From: Flavonifractor sp. AGMB03687
GTDB lineage: Bacteria; Bacillota; Clostridia; Oscillospirales; Oscillospiraceae
DNA: 24,000 nt
Assembly: GCF_017811815.1 (NCBI RefSeq)
Contig: NZ_JADKZI010000003.1
Location: 319,549 to 343,548 of the forward strand
Direction: 5' to 3'
The notes under the pieces were generated by a model. The model had not been told where the DNA came from. It ran no database searches and saw only the letters and a list, made by a program, of their open reading frames with translations. Both the position numbers and the translations under genes were made by a program. Shown here piece after piece: positions 1 to 7,616 of the stretch; positions within the stretch are counted from its first letter, which is position 1; each line of letters opens with the position of its first letter.

Positions 1-220
1 CGCACTTGACTGCCACGCCATACTTCTTGGTGGCCTCGGCGGAGTCCACGGTCACCTGATCCCCGGTCTCCTCCCGATGGGGCAGGCCCAGGTCGTAGTA
101 CTCGGTCTTCAGGTCGATGAAGGGCAGGAGCAGCTCGTCCTTGATCTGCTGCCACAGCACCCGGGTCATCTCGTCGCCGTCCATCTCCACCAGGGGGGTG
201 GTCATCTGAATCTTTTCCAT
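1..220 (-). CDS. icd: NADP-dependent isocitrate dehydrogenase, first 73 codons only (gene runs off the left edge)
   Basis: Reverse translation from ATG (220-218) gives MEKIQMTTPLVEMDGDEMTRVLWQQIKDELLLPFIDLKTEYYDLGLPHREETGDQVTVDSAEATKKYGVAVKC. This matches the conserved N-terminus of homodimeric eukaryote-type NADP-IDH (VEMxGDEMTR..W, YDLG, DQVT, KC). GGAGGAG SD lies at 221-230 (reverse). It is absent from the ORF track because it is truncated. Confidence 0.85.
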   Translation of the reverse strand, partial: MEKIQMTTPLVEMDGDEMTRVLWQQIKDELLLPFIDLKTEYYDLGLPHREETGDQVTVDSAEATKKYGVAVKC

Positions 221-257
221 GGTCTCCTCCTTGCGTTTTTCTGCAATTTCGGAAAAA

Positions 258-286
258 ATTATACCCCCATTCCGGTGAAAAGGCAA
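258..286 (-). promoter_or_regulatory. Candidate sigma-A promoter for icd (TTGCCT-N17-TATAAT)
   Basis: Reverse strand reads TTGCCT (286-281), a 17-nt spacer, then TATAAT (263-258), about 35 nt upstream of the icd start. Confidence 0.45.
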
Positions 287-378
287 GCGGCACATGGAGG
301 GCCAATCCTGTGGGTTTTGCCCATTGCGGCCCCGCCGCCGGGGGGAGTATACTTTTAAAATCCGCAAAGAAAAAGAGA

Positions 379-1707
379 GTGACCCCCGTGTTTAACAAGC
401 AAGCCCTGAAAAAACTCATCATTCCCCTGATCATTGAGCAGTTCCTGGCCGTCATGGTAGGCATGGCCGACATCATGATGGTCTCCTCCGCCGGTGAGGC
501 CGCCGTGTCCAGCGTGGCCCTGGTGGATCTGATCAACGTGCTCATCATCAACGTCTTTTCCGCCCTGGCCACCGGCGGCGCGGTGGTGTGCGCCCAGTCC
601 ATCGGCGCAGAAAACCTGGAGCGGGCCAACCGTTCCGCCAACCAGCTGATGTACATCGTCACCGCCGCCGCCCTCATTATTATGGCCCTGTCCCTGGTTC
701 TGTGCCGTCCCCTGCTGGGGCTGCTCTTCGGCCAGGTGGAACCGGCGGTGATGGAGGGCGCGGTGACCTACTTCATCATCTCCGCCCTGTCCTACCCCTT
801 TATTGCCCTGTACAATGGCTGCGCCGCCCTGCTGCGGGCCATGGGCAACTCCAAGGCCTCCATGTATGTCTCTGCCTGGATGAACGGGCAGAACATCGTA
901 GGCAACGCCATCTTTGTCTTCGTCTTCCACCGTGGGGTGGACGGCGTGGCCCTGTCCTCCCTGTTCTCCCGTATGGTTGCGGCCGGTATCATGCTGGTGC
1001 TCCTCCACAGCCATCGCAATCCGGTGCGGGTGTCCGGCCTGCTGAAGTTCCAGTTCGACCCGCCCATGATGGGCCGTATCCTGCGCATCGGCATCCCAAA
1101 CGGCCTGGAGAACTGCTTCTTCCAGCTGGGCCGGGTGCTGCTGGTCAGCCTAATCTCCACCTTCGGCACCGCCCAGACCGCCGCCAACGCGGTGGCCAAC
1201 AACATCGACAACTTCGGCGTCATCCCCGGCACCGCCATGGGCCTGGCTCTCATCACCGTGGTGGGCCAATGCGTGGGCGCGGAGGCCTGGGATCAGGTCC
1301 GCTTCTACACCGTCAAGCTGGTGAAGATGACCTACCTCTTCACCTGGGTCCTCAACGGAGCCCTGCTGCTGGGTCTGCCCCTGATCCTCAGCCTGTACAG
1401 CCTGACCCCCGAGACCCACTGGTACGCCACCGTCCTTATTTTCATCCACAACGGCTGCGCCATGCTGTTCTGGCCCATGGCCTTTACCATGCCCAACGCC
1501 CTGCGGGCCACCGGTGACGTGAAGGTACCCATGGTCATCTCCATCTGCTCCATGATCATCGTGCGGCTGGGGTGCAGCTACATTCTGGGCGTCCACTTCG
1601 GTCTGGGCGTCATCGGCGTGTGGATCGCCATGGTGGGCGACTGGATCGTGCGTATCATCTGCTTCCTCATCCGGGTCCGGCAGGTATTCCGCAAGCATCC
1701 ACTCTGA
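379..1707 (+). CDS. MATE family efflux transporter
   Basis: The 310..1707 ORF is a 12-TM-like hydrophobic protein with a MATE-type N-terminus (LKKLIIPLIIEQFLAVMVGMADIMMVSSAGEAAVSSVALV). The start is probably GTG 379 or 388, after the purine-rich AAAGAAAAAGAGAG. The 310 start would overlap the promoter-like TATACT at 348-353. Confidence 0.85.
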   Translation: MTPVFNKQALKKLIIPLIIEQFLAVMVGMADIMMVSSAGEAAVSSVALVDLINVLIINVFSALATGGAVVCAQSIGAENLERANRSANQLMYIVTAAALIIMALSLVLCRPLLGLLFGQVEPAVMEGAVTYFIISALSYPFIALYNGCAALLRAMGNSKASMYVSAWMNGQNIVGNAIFVFVFHRGVDGVALSSLFSRMVAAGIMLVLLHSHRNPVRVSGLLKFQFDPPMMGRILRIGIPNGLENCFFQLGRVLLVSLISTFGTAQTAANAVANNIDNFGVIPGTAMGLALITVVGQCVGAEAWDQVRFYTVKLVKMTYLFTWVLNGALLLGLPLILSLYSLTPETHWYATVLIFIHNGCAMLFWPMAFTMPNALRATGDVKVPMVISICSMIIVRLGCSYILGVHFGLGVIGVWIAMVGDWIVRIICFLIRVRQVFRKHPL

Positions 1708-1710
1708 GTC

Positions 1711-2739
1711 TTACCAAATCCCCAGCACGTGCTGCATGCCCAAGCTGACCGCCGTAATGGCAACCCAGCAGCAGGCACCCATGAGAATGGGCTTGCCGCC
1801 GGTCTTCACCAGCTTCACCAGGTCCGTATTCAGACCGATGGCCCCCATGGCCATGACGATGAAGAATTTGCTCAGCTCTTTGAAGGGAGCAAATACCCCG
1901 CTGTCCACGCCGATAGAGGAACACACCGTGGTGATCACCGAGGCCAGCACGAAGAACAGAATGAAGAAGGGGAAAATTTTTCGGAGATTGAAGTCGCCCT
2001 CCTTCTCCCCGCCGGCCCGCTTGGCCCGGACCACACGGAAGAAGGCCAGCGCCAGCGTAATGGGAATGATGGCCAGGGTGCGGGTGAGCTTGACAATGGT
2101 GGCGGTATCCAGGGTGTTGGCCCCGGGGTGCATCCCGTCCCATGCGGCGGCGGCAGCCGTCACCGAAGAGGTATCGTTCACCGCCGTACCGGCAAACAGG
2201 CCAAAGCCCTCATTGCTCAGGCCAAGCATCTCTCCAAAGGTAGGGAACACCAATGCCGCGGCAATGTTGAACAGGAAAATCACCGAGATGGACTGGGCGA
2301 TCTCTTCATCATCCGCCCCGATCACCGGTGCGGTGGCGGCGATGGCAGAGCCGCCGCAGATGGAAGAGCCCACACCCACCAGCGTGGAAATGTTGGTGGG
2401 GAGCTTCATCACCTTATGTAGCGCGAAGGCCACCACCAGAGAGGTGCCGATGGTGGAAACAATGATGGGCAGGGAGGTCAGACCCACTTCGGCCACCTGG
2501 CCCAGGTTCAGGCCAAAGCCCAGCAGTATCACCGCCAACTGCAAAATATACTTCGATGTGTAGGCGATGCCCGCCTGGGTGCTCTTCTTCTCCCGGTAAA
2601 ACAGGGCGATCACCATACCTGCCAATATGGCAAACACCGGCCCGCCGATCACCGGCACCGCCTTACCCAACAGCCAACAGGGGATGGCCACGGCCAGACA
2701 CAGCAAGATTCCCTGGATGCGCTCGCTCCATTGCTTCAT
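1711..2739 (-). CDS. YeiH/UPF0324 family membrane protein (putative sulfate-exporter family)
   Basis: Multi-TM protein starting [47 protein letters not shown], typical of YeiH-like proteins. ATG at 2739 is preceded by GGAAGGAG. The 21 extra upstream codons in the track (start 2802) lack an SD. Confidence 0.8.
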   Translation of the reverse strand: MKQWSERIQGILLCLAVAIPCWLLGKAVPVIGGPVFAILAGMVIALFYREKKSTQAGIAYTSKYILQLAVILLGFGLNLGQVAEVGLTSLPIIVSTIGTSLVVAFALHKVMKLPTNISTLVGVGSSICGGSAIAATAPVIGADDEEIAQSISVIFLFNIAAALVFPTFGEMLGLSNEGFGLFAGTAVNDTSSVTAAAAAWDGMHPGANTLDTATIVKLTRTLAIIPITLALAFFRVVRAKRAGGEKEGDFNLRKIFPFFILFFVLASVITTVCSSIGVDSGVFAPFKELSKFFIVMAMGAIGLNTDLVKLVKTGGKPILMGACCWVAITAVSLGMQHVLGIW

Positions 2740-2778
2740 AACAAATGACTCCTTCCAACATCTGCATCGTTCACATGC

Positions 2779-2807
2779 AGTATATCTCTCTTTTTCCATC
2801 ATGTAAA
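2779..2807 (-). promoter_or_regulatory. Candidate promoter for the YeiH-family gene (TTTACA-N17-TATACT)
   Basis: Reverse strand reads TTTACA (2807-2802), a 17-nt spacer, then TATACT (2784-2779). The palindrome CTGCAT-N7-ATGCAG (2762-2780) abuts the -10 and the predicted start site. Confidence 0.4.
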
Positions 2808-2876
2808 CTTATGATATTTTATTTCGCCATAACAAATTTTTATAGTTCACCATATTGCATCGTTGAATAGAGGCTC

Positions 2877-2905
2877 TTGCCGCAGGCGCACTTTTCTTGT
2901 ATAAT
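2877..2905 (+). promoter_or_regulatory. Candidate asnA promoter (TTGCCG-N17-TATAAT)
   Basis: TTGCCG at 2877-2882, a 17-nt spacer, then TATAAT at 2900-2905, 37 nt upstream of the asnA ATG. Confidence 0.5.
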
Positions 2906-2941
2906 GTGGTGCATCGAAGTCCAGGAAAGAAGGATCATTTT

Positions 2942-3955
2942 ATGCTGCAAACCGTCATTCCCCAGGGGTATGCCCCCTGTCTGAATCTCTACGATACTCA
3001 GAAGGCCATCGGCCTGCTCAAGCGCCTCTTTGAGGACACCCTGGGCGGCGCCCTGCACCTGCGCCGTGTGTCCGCCCCCCTGTTCGTGGAGGCCTCCACC
3101 GGCCTCAACGACGACCTGAACGGCGTGGAGCGTGCCGTATCCTTTGATATTCCCGATGCCGGCCGGGACGCCCAGGTGGTCCACTCCCTGGCCAAGTGGA
3201 AGCGCATGGCCCTGTACCGCTACCAGTTCTCGGTGGGCGAGGGCCTGTACACCGACATGAACGCCATCCGCCGGGATGAGGAGCTGGATAACCTCCACTC
3301 GGTCTACGTGGACCAGTGGGACTGGGAAAAGGTCATCGCCCCCCGGGACCGGACCGTGGACTATCTGAAGGCCACCGTCACCACCATCGTCAAGGCCATG
3401 GCAGAGACCCAGTCTACCCTGCGCTCCGTCTTCCCCCAGCTCACCGCCCTGCCCCCCCTGGACACCGAGGTGTCCTTTGTCACTACTCAGGAGCTGGAGG
3501 ACCGCTGGCCCGACCTGTCCCCCAAGGAGCGGGAGGATGCCTGGGTGAAGGAGCATCCCACCACCTTCCTCATGGGCATCGGCGGCGCCCTCAAGTCGGG
3601 CAAGCCCCACGACGGCCGCGCCCCCGACTACGACGACTGGAACCTGAACGGCGATATCCTGCTGTGGAACCCGGTGCTGGAGCGGGCCTTTGAGGTGTCC
3701 TCCATGGGCATCCGGGTGGACCCCGCCGCCATGGACCGTCAGCTCACCATCGCCGGCTGTGACGACCGCCGAGAGCTGCCCTTCCACAAGATGCTGCTGG
3801 AGGGCAAGCTGCCCCTCACCATCGGCGGCGGCATCGGCCAGTCCCGGCTGTGTATGTTGCTGCTGGGCAAGGCCCACATCGGCGAGGTCCAGGCCAGTGT
3901 GTGGGACGAGCAGACCATCCAGGCCTGCCAGGATGCGGGTGTTATTTTGCTGTAA
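2942..3955 (+). CDS. asnA: Aspartate--ammonia ligase (asparagine synthetase A)
   Basis: Contains AsnA signature blocks shared with E. coli AsnA: VVHSLAKWKR, HSVYVDQWDWE, RAPDYDDW, NGDILLWNPVLE, SSMGIRVD, TIGGGIGQSRL. ATG 2942 follows GAAGGA. The track start at 2897 adds 15 unsupported codons. Confidence 0.92.
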   Translation: MLQTVIPQGYAPCLNLYDTQKAIGLLKRLFEDTLGGALHLRRVSAPLFVEASTGLNDDLNGVERAVSFDIPDAGRDAQVVHSLAKWKRMALYRYQFSVGEGLYTDMNAIRRDEELDNLHSVYVDQWDWEKVIAPRDRTVDYLKATVTTIVKAMAETQSTLRSVFPQLTALPPLDTEVSFVTTQELEDRWPDLSPKEREDAWVKEHPTTFLMGIGGALKSGKPHDGRAPDYDDWNLNGDILLWNPVLERAFEVSSMGIRVDPAAMDRQLTIAGCDDRRELPFHKMLLEGKLPLTIGGGIGQSRLCMLLLGKAHIGEVQASVWDEQTIQACQDAGVILL

Positions 3956-4047
3956 TTATCTTACAGTTCAGTAAACCACTGTTTTCTTCTGGTTCTCGTC
4001 ACTTTTTACAGCATTAACCCACGAAATTTCCAGCCTCTTCCCTTCAG

Positions 4048-4082
4048 GCACCGGTCTATTTGAAACAGACCGGTGCTTTTTT
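4048..4082 (+). terminator. Rho-independent terminator after asnA
   Basis: GCACCGGTCT (4048-4057), a 9-nt loop, AGACCGGTGC (4067-4076), followed by TTTTTT. Confidence 0.8.
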
Positions 4083-4170
4083 GTCCTAATCGTGTGATTT
4101 CTTTTCCATTTTCACTTCTTATGGCTTATTTTCATTTTTCGTCATTTTCCACTAAACTACCCGGTCCCTG

Positions 4171-4199
4171 TTGACATGACAGGGGGTACTTACTATAAT
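4171..4199 (+). promoter_or_regulatory. Consensus sigma-A promoter for the SCFA transporter gene
   Basis: Perfect TTGACA (4171-4176), a 17-nt spacer, then perfect TATAAT (4194-4199). The inverted repeat CCCTGT-N7-ACAGGG (4166-4184) overlaps the -35. A T-tract-rich region lies upstream (4098-4150). Confidence 0.65.
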
Positions 4200-4265
4200 G
4201 CCAGTGTGTTTGGTGAGATCATGTGTGTCCCTGTGTGAACGTGTGAGAGTGAGGAGGAAATCGTA

Positions 4266-5627
4266 ATGTTCAAAAAGTTCACGAACGGGTGTGTTCGTGT
4301 GGTCAACCGTTGGCTGCCCGATCCCTTCCTGTTCGCCATCATCCTGACCATCGTGGTCTTTATCGCCGCCATGGCCGGTACCCAGCAGGGTCCCCTGGAA
4401 CTGATCTGGGCCTGGGGCGGCAAGGGTGCTACCAAGGACGGCTTCTGGAGCCTGCTGGCTTTCGCTATGCAGATGGCTCTGGTGCTGGTGCTTGGCTCCG
4501 CCATGGCTTCCGCCAAGGTGTGTAAGCGTGCTCTGGGCGCCATTGCGTCCCTGGCTCATAACAAGCGCTCCGCTATCCTGATCACCACCTTTGTGTCCAC
4601 CATCTGCTGCTGGCTGAACTGGGGCTTTGGCCTCATCGCCGGCGCTCTGCTGGCCCGCGAGGTTGCCAAGCGCGTGAAGGATGTGGACTATCCCCTGCTG
4701 ATCGCCGCCGCTTACTCCGGCTTCGTGATCTGGCACGCCGGTCTGTCCGGCTCCATCCCCCTGCAGATCGGCGCCGAGGCCGGTACCGAGATCCTGGGTG
4801 TCAGCTATTACGCTCCCACCAGCGCCACCATCTTCCATCCCATGAACCTGCTGATGGTGGGCGTGATTCTGGTGCTGATGCCTTTCGTCAACTACGCCAT
4901 GCACCCCGACAAGGATCACACCATCGTGGTGGATCCCGCCCTGCTGGTGGACGAGAAGGAGCGGGAGTACAAGATCGAGACCCCCGCTGACAAGATCGAG
5001 CACAGCCGCATCCTGTGGGTCATCACCCTGGTGCTGGGCTTTGCCTACATCGTGTACTACTTCGTGCAGAAGGGCTTCAACCTGGACCTGAACATCGTCA
5101 ACATGATCTTCCTGTTCCTGGGCATTCTGCTCCACGGCGACCTGCGCAAGTACGTTGACGCCATCGGCGACGCCGCTGCCGGCGCTGCTGGCATCCTGCT
5201 CCAGTTCCCCTTCTATGCCGGTATCATGGGCCTGATGGTGGCTTCCAACGCTGACGGCGTTTCCCTGGCCGGTATCATCGCCAACTTCTTCACCAACGTG
5301 TCCAACGATGTCACCTTCCCGGTGCTGACCTTCCTGTCCGCCGGTATCATCAACTTCTTCGTTCCCTCCGGCGGCGGCCAGTGGGCCGTTCAGGCTCCCA
5401 TCGTCATGCCCGCCGCTACCGAGATGGGCATCGAGTATGGCCGCGCCGCCATGGCTATTGCCTGGGGCGACCAGTGGACCAACATGATCCAGCCCTTCTG
5501 GGCTCTGCCTGCCCTGGGTATCGCCGGTCTGTCCGCCCGCAACGTCATGGGCTATCTGGTGATCGTTCTGCTGTTCACCGGCGTTGTGGCCTGCGGCGGC
5601 TTCCTGCTGTGGGGTCTGTTCTTCTAA
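4266..5627 (+). CDS. atoE: Short-chain fatty acid transporter (AtoE family)
   Basis: Collinear with E. coli AtoE: RWLPDPFLFA, FWSLLAFAMQMALVLV, DYPLLIAAAY, ILLQFPFYAGI, TFPVLTFLSAGIINFFVPSGGGQW, MAIAWGDQWTNMIQPFWALPALGIAGL. GAGGAGG SD precedes the ATG. Confidence 0.88.
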   Translation: MFKKFTNGCVRVVNRWLPDPFLFAIILTIVVFIAAMAGTQQGPLELIWAWGGKGATKDGFWSLLAFAMQMALVLVLGSAMASAKVCKRALGAIASLAHNKRSAILITTFVSTICCWLNWGFGLIAGALLAREVAKRVKDVDYPLLIAAAYSGFVIWHAGLSGSIPLQIGAEAGTEILGVSYYAPTSATIFHPMNLLMVGVILVLMPFVNYAMHPDKDHTIVVDPALLVDEKEREYKIETPADKIEHSRILWVITLVLGFAYIVYYFVQKGFNLDLNIVNMIFLFLGILLHGDLRKYVDAIGDAAAGAAGILLQFPFYAGIMGLMVASNADGVSLAGIIANFFTNVSNDVTFPVLTFLSAGIINFFVPSGGGQWAVQAPIVMPAATEMGIEYGRAAMAIAWGDQWTNMIQPFWALPALGIAGLSARNVMGYLVIVLLFTGVVACGGFLLWGLFF

Positions 5628-5667
5628 GCAGCCCCATAAATTGATCCCACCAACCGGCTCCGTGCAC

Positions 5668-5703
5668 AACGGGGAGCGCCATTGGCGCTCCCCGTTCTTT
5701 TTT
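5668..5703 (+). terminator. Rho-independent terminator after atoE
   Basis: AACGGGGAGCGCC / GGCGCTCCCCGTT stem (5668-5696) followed by CTTTTTTT. Confidence 0.8.
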
Positions 5704-5704
5704 A

Positions 5705-5733
5705 TTGTGTGCCGCCTTTTCCTGTGCTATCAT
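5705..5733 (+). promoter_or_regulatory. Candidate extended -10 promoter for the DUF3842 gene
   Basis: TTGTGT (5705-5710), a 17-nt spacer ending in TGc, then TATCAT (5728-5733). Confidence 0.45.
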
Positions 5734-5774
5734 GAGAGAAAACACATGCTCAGCAAAGGATTGGGAGGATTTTT

Positions 5775-6185
5775 ATGGAAATTCTGGTAGTAGACGGCCA
5801 GGGCGGTCGGATCGGCCAGCAGCTGGTGCGGGCCATTACCACCCGTTACCCCCAGCTGAAGGTCTTTTCCGTCGGCACCAACACGATGGCCACGTCGGCC
5901 ATGATGAAGGGCGGCGCCGTACAGGGTGCCACCGGAGAAAACGCCCTGCTGGTAGCCTGCCGTAAGGCCGACGTGATTCTGGGGCCTCTGGGCATTGTCA
6001 TTGCCGACGCCCTGCTGGGTGAGATCTCCCCGGCCATGGCTCTGGCAGTGGGACAGTCCCGGGCCAAAAAGATCCTCATCCCCATGAATCAGTGCGACAA
6101 CATCGTGGCCGGCGTGGCCGAGCTGCCGGTGGGCAAGCTGCTGGACAGCGCCCTGGCCGAGCTGGACAAGCTGCTGAACGAATAA
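5775..6185 (+). CDS. DUF3842 family protein (function unknown)
   Basis: 136 aa. The pattern MEILVVDGQGGRIGQQLV...VGTNTMATSAMMKGGA..GATGENAL...ILGPLGIVIADALLGEISPAMA...AKKILIPMNQC matches my recollection of the DUF3842 family. GGGAGGA SD lies 5 nt upstream. Confidence 0.75.
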   Translation: MEILVVDGQGGRIGQQLVRAITTRYPQLKVFSVGTNTMATSAMMKGGAVQGATGENALLVACRKADVILGPLGIVIADALLGEISPAMALAVGQSRAKKILIPMNQCDNIVAGVAELPVGKLLDSALAELDKLLNE

Positions 6186-6247
6186 GCCCTGCATAGGATG
6201 GAGCGCGGGGCCATGCTCCGCCATTCTTTTCCTGTGAGGTGCTTTTT

Positions 6248-6427
6248 GTGAAACAGCTCCTGCACTGCATGATGCAGGTCCAAAATCTGGTCACCCTGCT
6301 TCTGACCCTGGGTTTTCTCCACCTGTCCATTTCCGGCCGCTTGGCCGCTGATCAGTTCCTCACCATCTTTTCGGTGGTGATCGCCTTTTACTTTGGCAGT
6401 CAGTCCCAGAAAAATCAAACCACATAA
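6248..6427 (+). CDS. Small hypothetical two-TM membrane protein (59 aa)
   Basis: GAGGTG (6236-6241) lies 6 nt before an in-frame GTG at 6248. Two hydrophobic segments (NLVTLLLTLGFLHLSISG and FLTIFSVVIAFYFG) are followed by a polar tail, and a strong terminator follows immediately. No family recognised. Confidence 0.45.
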   Translation: MKQLLHCMMQVQNLVTLLLTLGFLHLSISGRLAADQFLTIFSVVIAFYFGSQSQKNQTT

Positions 6428-6430
6428 GGC

Positions 6431-6460
6431 AAGGGCCGCCGGTTCCGGCGGCCCTTGTTT
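6431..6460. terminator. Bidirectional terminator between the small ORF and the convergent ATPase gene
   Basis: AAGGGCCGCCGG tt CCGGCGGCCCTT palindrome (6431-6456), followed by GTTTT on the + strand and by a T-rich run on the minus strand. Confidence 0.75.
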
Positions 6461-6463
6461 TGG

Positions 6464-7549
6464 TTAGCCCTCCAGCGCCAGGAAGGCCTCAATGATCTCC
6501 TCCCCCCGCTGATGGACCTGGTCAAAGTCCACGTGGGGGTTATAGAGCCCCTCCAGCTCATCGTGCATGGCCTTGGCCTGGCCCAAGGCGTCCACCGCCT
6601 CCTCCAGCAGGGCGGCGGTTACTTTGTGGGAGAACCGCAGCCGGGCCCGGCTGCGCCGCAGCAGCTCGCCGTCCGCCATGGCGTCCAGCCGGATGCGGCG
6701 GTAGGGCCGATGGGGCCAGGGCAGCTCCGGGGTGGTGCTGACGAAAGCCAGGGACAGGGAGGGGATGAGCAGATGGGCCATCCGGTCGGGGAACAGGGGA
6801 TCGGGGCAGGCCACCACGTCGTGGCCCGCCGCCATGGCCCCGGCGGCCAGACAGGTCAGCATGGTGTGGGCCAGGCCGTAGGTGTCGCTTAGTTCGTAGA
6901 CCTTGCTGCACTGGGTCTCCACCGTGCCGTACTCCCGCAGCACACCCTGCCAGGTGATACCTCCCAGGAAGCGCTGCACCGCCCGTCCGGCCTGGTCCCC
7001 CGCCCCCTTGATCTCCCGGGACAGGATGCCTCTGGCCCGCTTGGCCATCTTGGCCTCCAGGGCGGGGGTGACCAGTAGCGCCCGCACGTCCTCCTCCAGC
7101 TGGGCGGCAGCGGTGAGGCAGCGGTAGGCCCTGTTGTAGCAGGCTTTGTAGCCCTTCATGCACCCCTTCAGCTCCGGGCCCACCGCCTGAAGGGCGGCCC
7201 GGTCATAGCATGCTCCCAGATCCACATAGCTCTCCACCAGGCCGGGGTATTTGGGCTCCACCACGTGGGGGGCCGTGCCGTCCACCACCGCCGCTCCCAG
7301 GGCGGGGATGACCACCGCGTCCAGGGAGTCGGGATCGCCGGAGCAGCGGATGTACTCCACGGCGTAGCCTCGCTCCTCCAGAGCCGCGCCCACCTGCTTC
7401 ATGAGGGTGGACTTGCCGCAGCCCGGCCCGCCCTTGAGGATGCGCACATCCCGGGCAGTCTCGGGGTCGATGAGCTGGTCGTACAGGGAGTAAAAACCCG
7501 ACGGCGTGTTGGCCCCTAAGTAATAACAGATTCTTGCCTCTGCTTCCAT
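6464..7549 (-). CDS. Uncharacterised P-loop NTPase (about 362 aa)
   Basis: MEAEARICYYLGANTPSGFYSLYDQLID...ILKGGPGCGKSTLMKQVG (Walker A), then DSLDAVVIPALGAAVVDGTAPH (Walker-B-like hydrophobic strand plus D). ATG 7549 is preceded by GGAGGG. The track's longer form (start 7783) is Arg/Pro-rich and overlaps the lysR 3' end. Confidence 0.8.
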   Translation of the reverse strand: MEAEARICYYLGANTPSGFYSLYDQLIDPETARDVRILKGGPGCGKSTLMKQVGAALEERGYAVEYIRCSGDPDSLDAVVIPALGAAVVDGTAPHVVEPKYPGLVESYVDLGACYDRAALQAVGPELKGCMKGYKACYNRAYRCLTAAAQLEEDVRALLVTPALEAKMAKRARGILSREIKGAGDQAGRAVQRFLGGITWQGVLREYGTVETQCSKVYELSDTYGLAHTMLTCLAAGAMAAGHDVVACPDPLFPDRMAHLLIPSLSLAFVSTTPELPWPHRPYRRIRLDAMADGELLRRSRARLRFSHKVTAALLEEAVDALGQAKAMHDELEGLYNPHVDFDQVHQRGEEIIEAFLALEG

Positions 7550-7616
7550 AAATGACCCTCCAAGAGTAAGTTTCTCACTCTCAGGGTATGCATGGACAGG
7601 CCGTCCGGTGCGCCAC

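Noticed and set aside
77-358. 93-aa + strand ORF at the left edge
   Set aside because: It is antisense to the clearly homologous icd N-terminus and runs across the icd promoter.
2740-2941. Possible T-box or other riboswitch leader upstream of asnA
   Set aside because: The predicted leader is only about 35 nt after the TATAAT box. The whole intergenic region is too short for a T-box, and I see no T-box or specifier-loop consensus.
2840-3877. 345-aa minus-strand ORF opposite asnA. Similar antisense or off-frame ORFs occur at 355..1014, 588..1517, 1150..1698, 1729..2563, 6558..7163, 7516..8301, 8670..9626, 9786..10609, 11103..12041, 13368..14432, 16321..17112, 20045..20530, 21056..21697 and 21755..22396.
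   Set aside because: All overlap genes with recognisable homologs on the other strand or in another frame. All show GC-driven open frames with Gly/Pro/Arg/His-rich composition and lack SD sequences.
4221-4238. Five-codon upstream ORF (ATG TGT GTC CCT GTG TGA, MCVPV) in the atoE leader
   Set aside because: The GGTGAG upstream lies only 3 nt from the ATG. The ORF is too short to evaluate and could easily arise by chance in a TGTG-rich leader. It is noted only as part of the leader description.
4230-4246. cre-like (CcpA) site TGTGAACGTGTGAG in the atoE leader
   Set aside because: Only the left half matches the cre consensus (TGWNANCG...). The right half does not form the required palindrome.
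4152-5669. 505-aa ORF on the minus strand across the whole atoE region
   Set aside because: It is an antisense shadow of a strongly conserved transporter gene in a GC-rich genome. The translation is low-complexity (G/D/H/Q/A-rich), has no SD, and matches no protein family I recognise.
6239-6247. Longer 62-aa form of the small membrane ORF and other track-extended starts (310 for MATE, 2802 for YeiH, 2897 for asnA, 7783 for the ATPase, 17951 for BlaI-2, 21224 for the sigma partner)
   Set aside because: In each case an internal start with a proper SD and spacing exists. The upstream extension overlaps a promoter, operator or neighbouring gene, or adds non-conserved residues.
7550-7616. Independent promoter or terminator between lysR and the ATPase gene
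   Set aside because: Only a weak 5-bp hairpin (AGAGT...ACTCT) is present, with no recognisable -35/-10 pair. I could not support either feature, so the genes are treated as probably co-transcribed.
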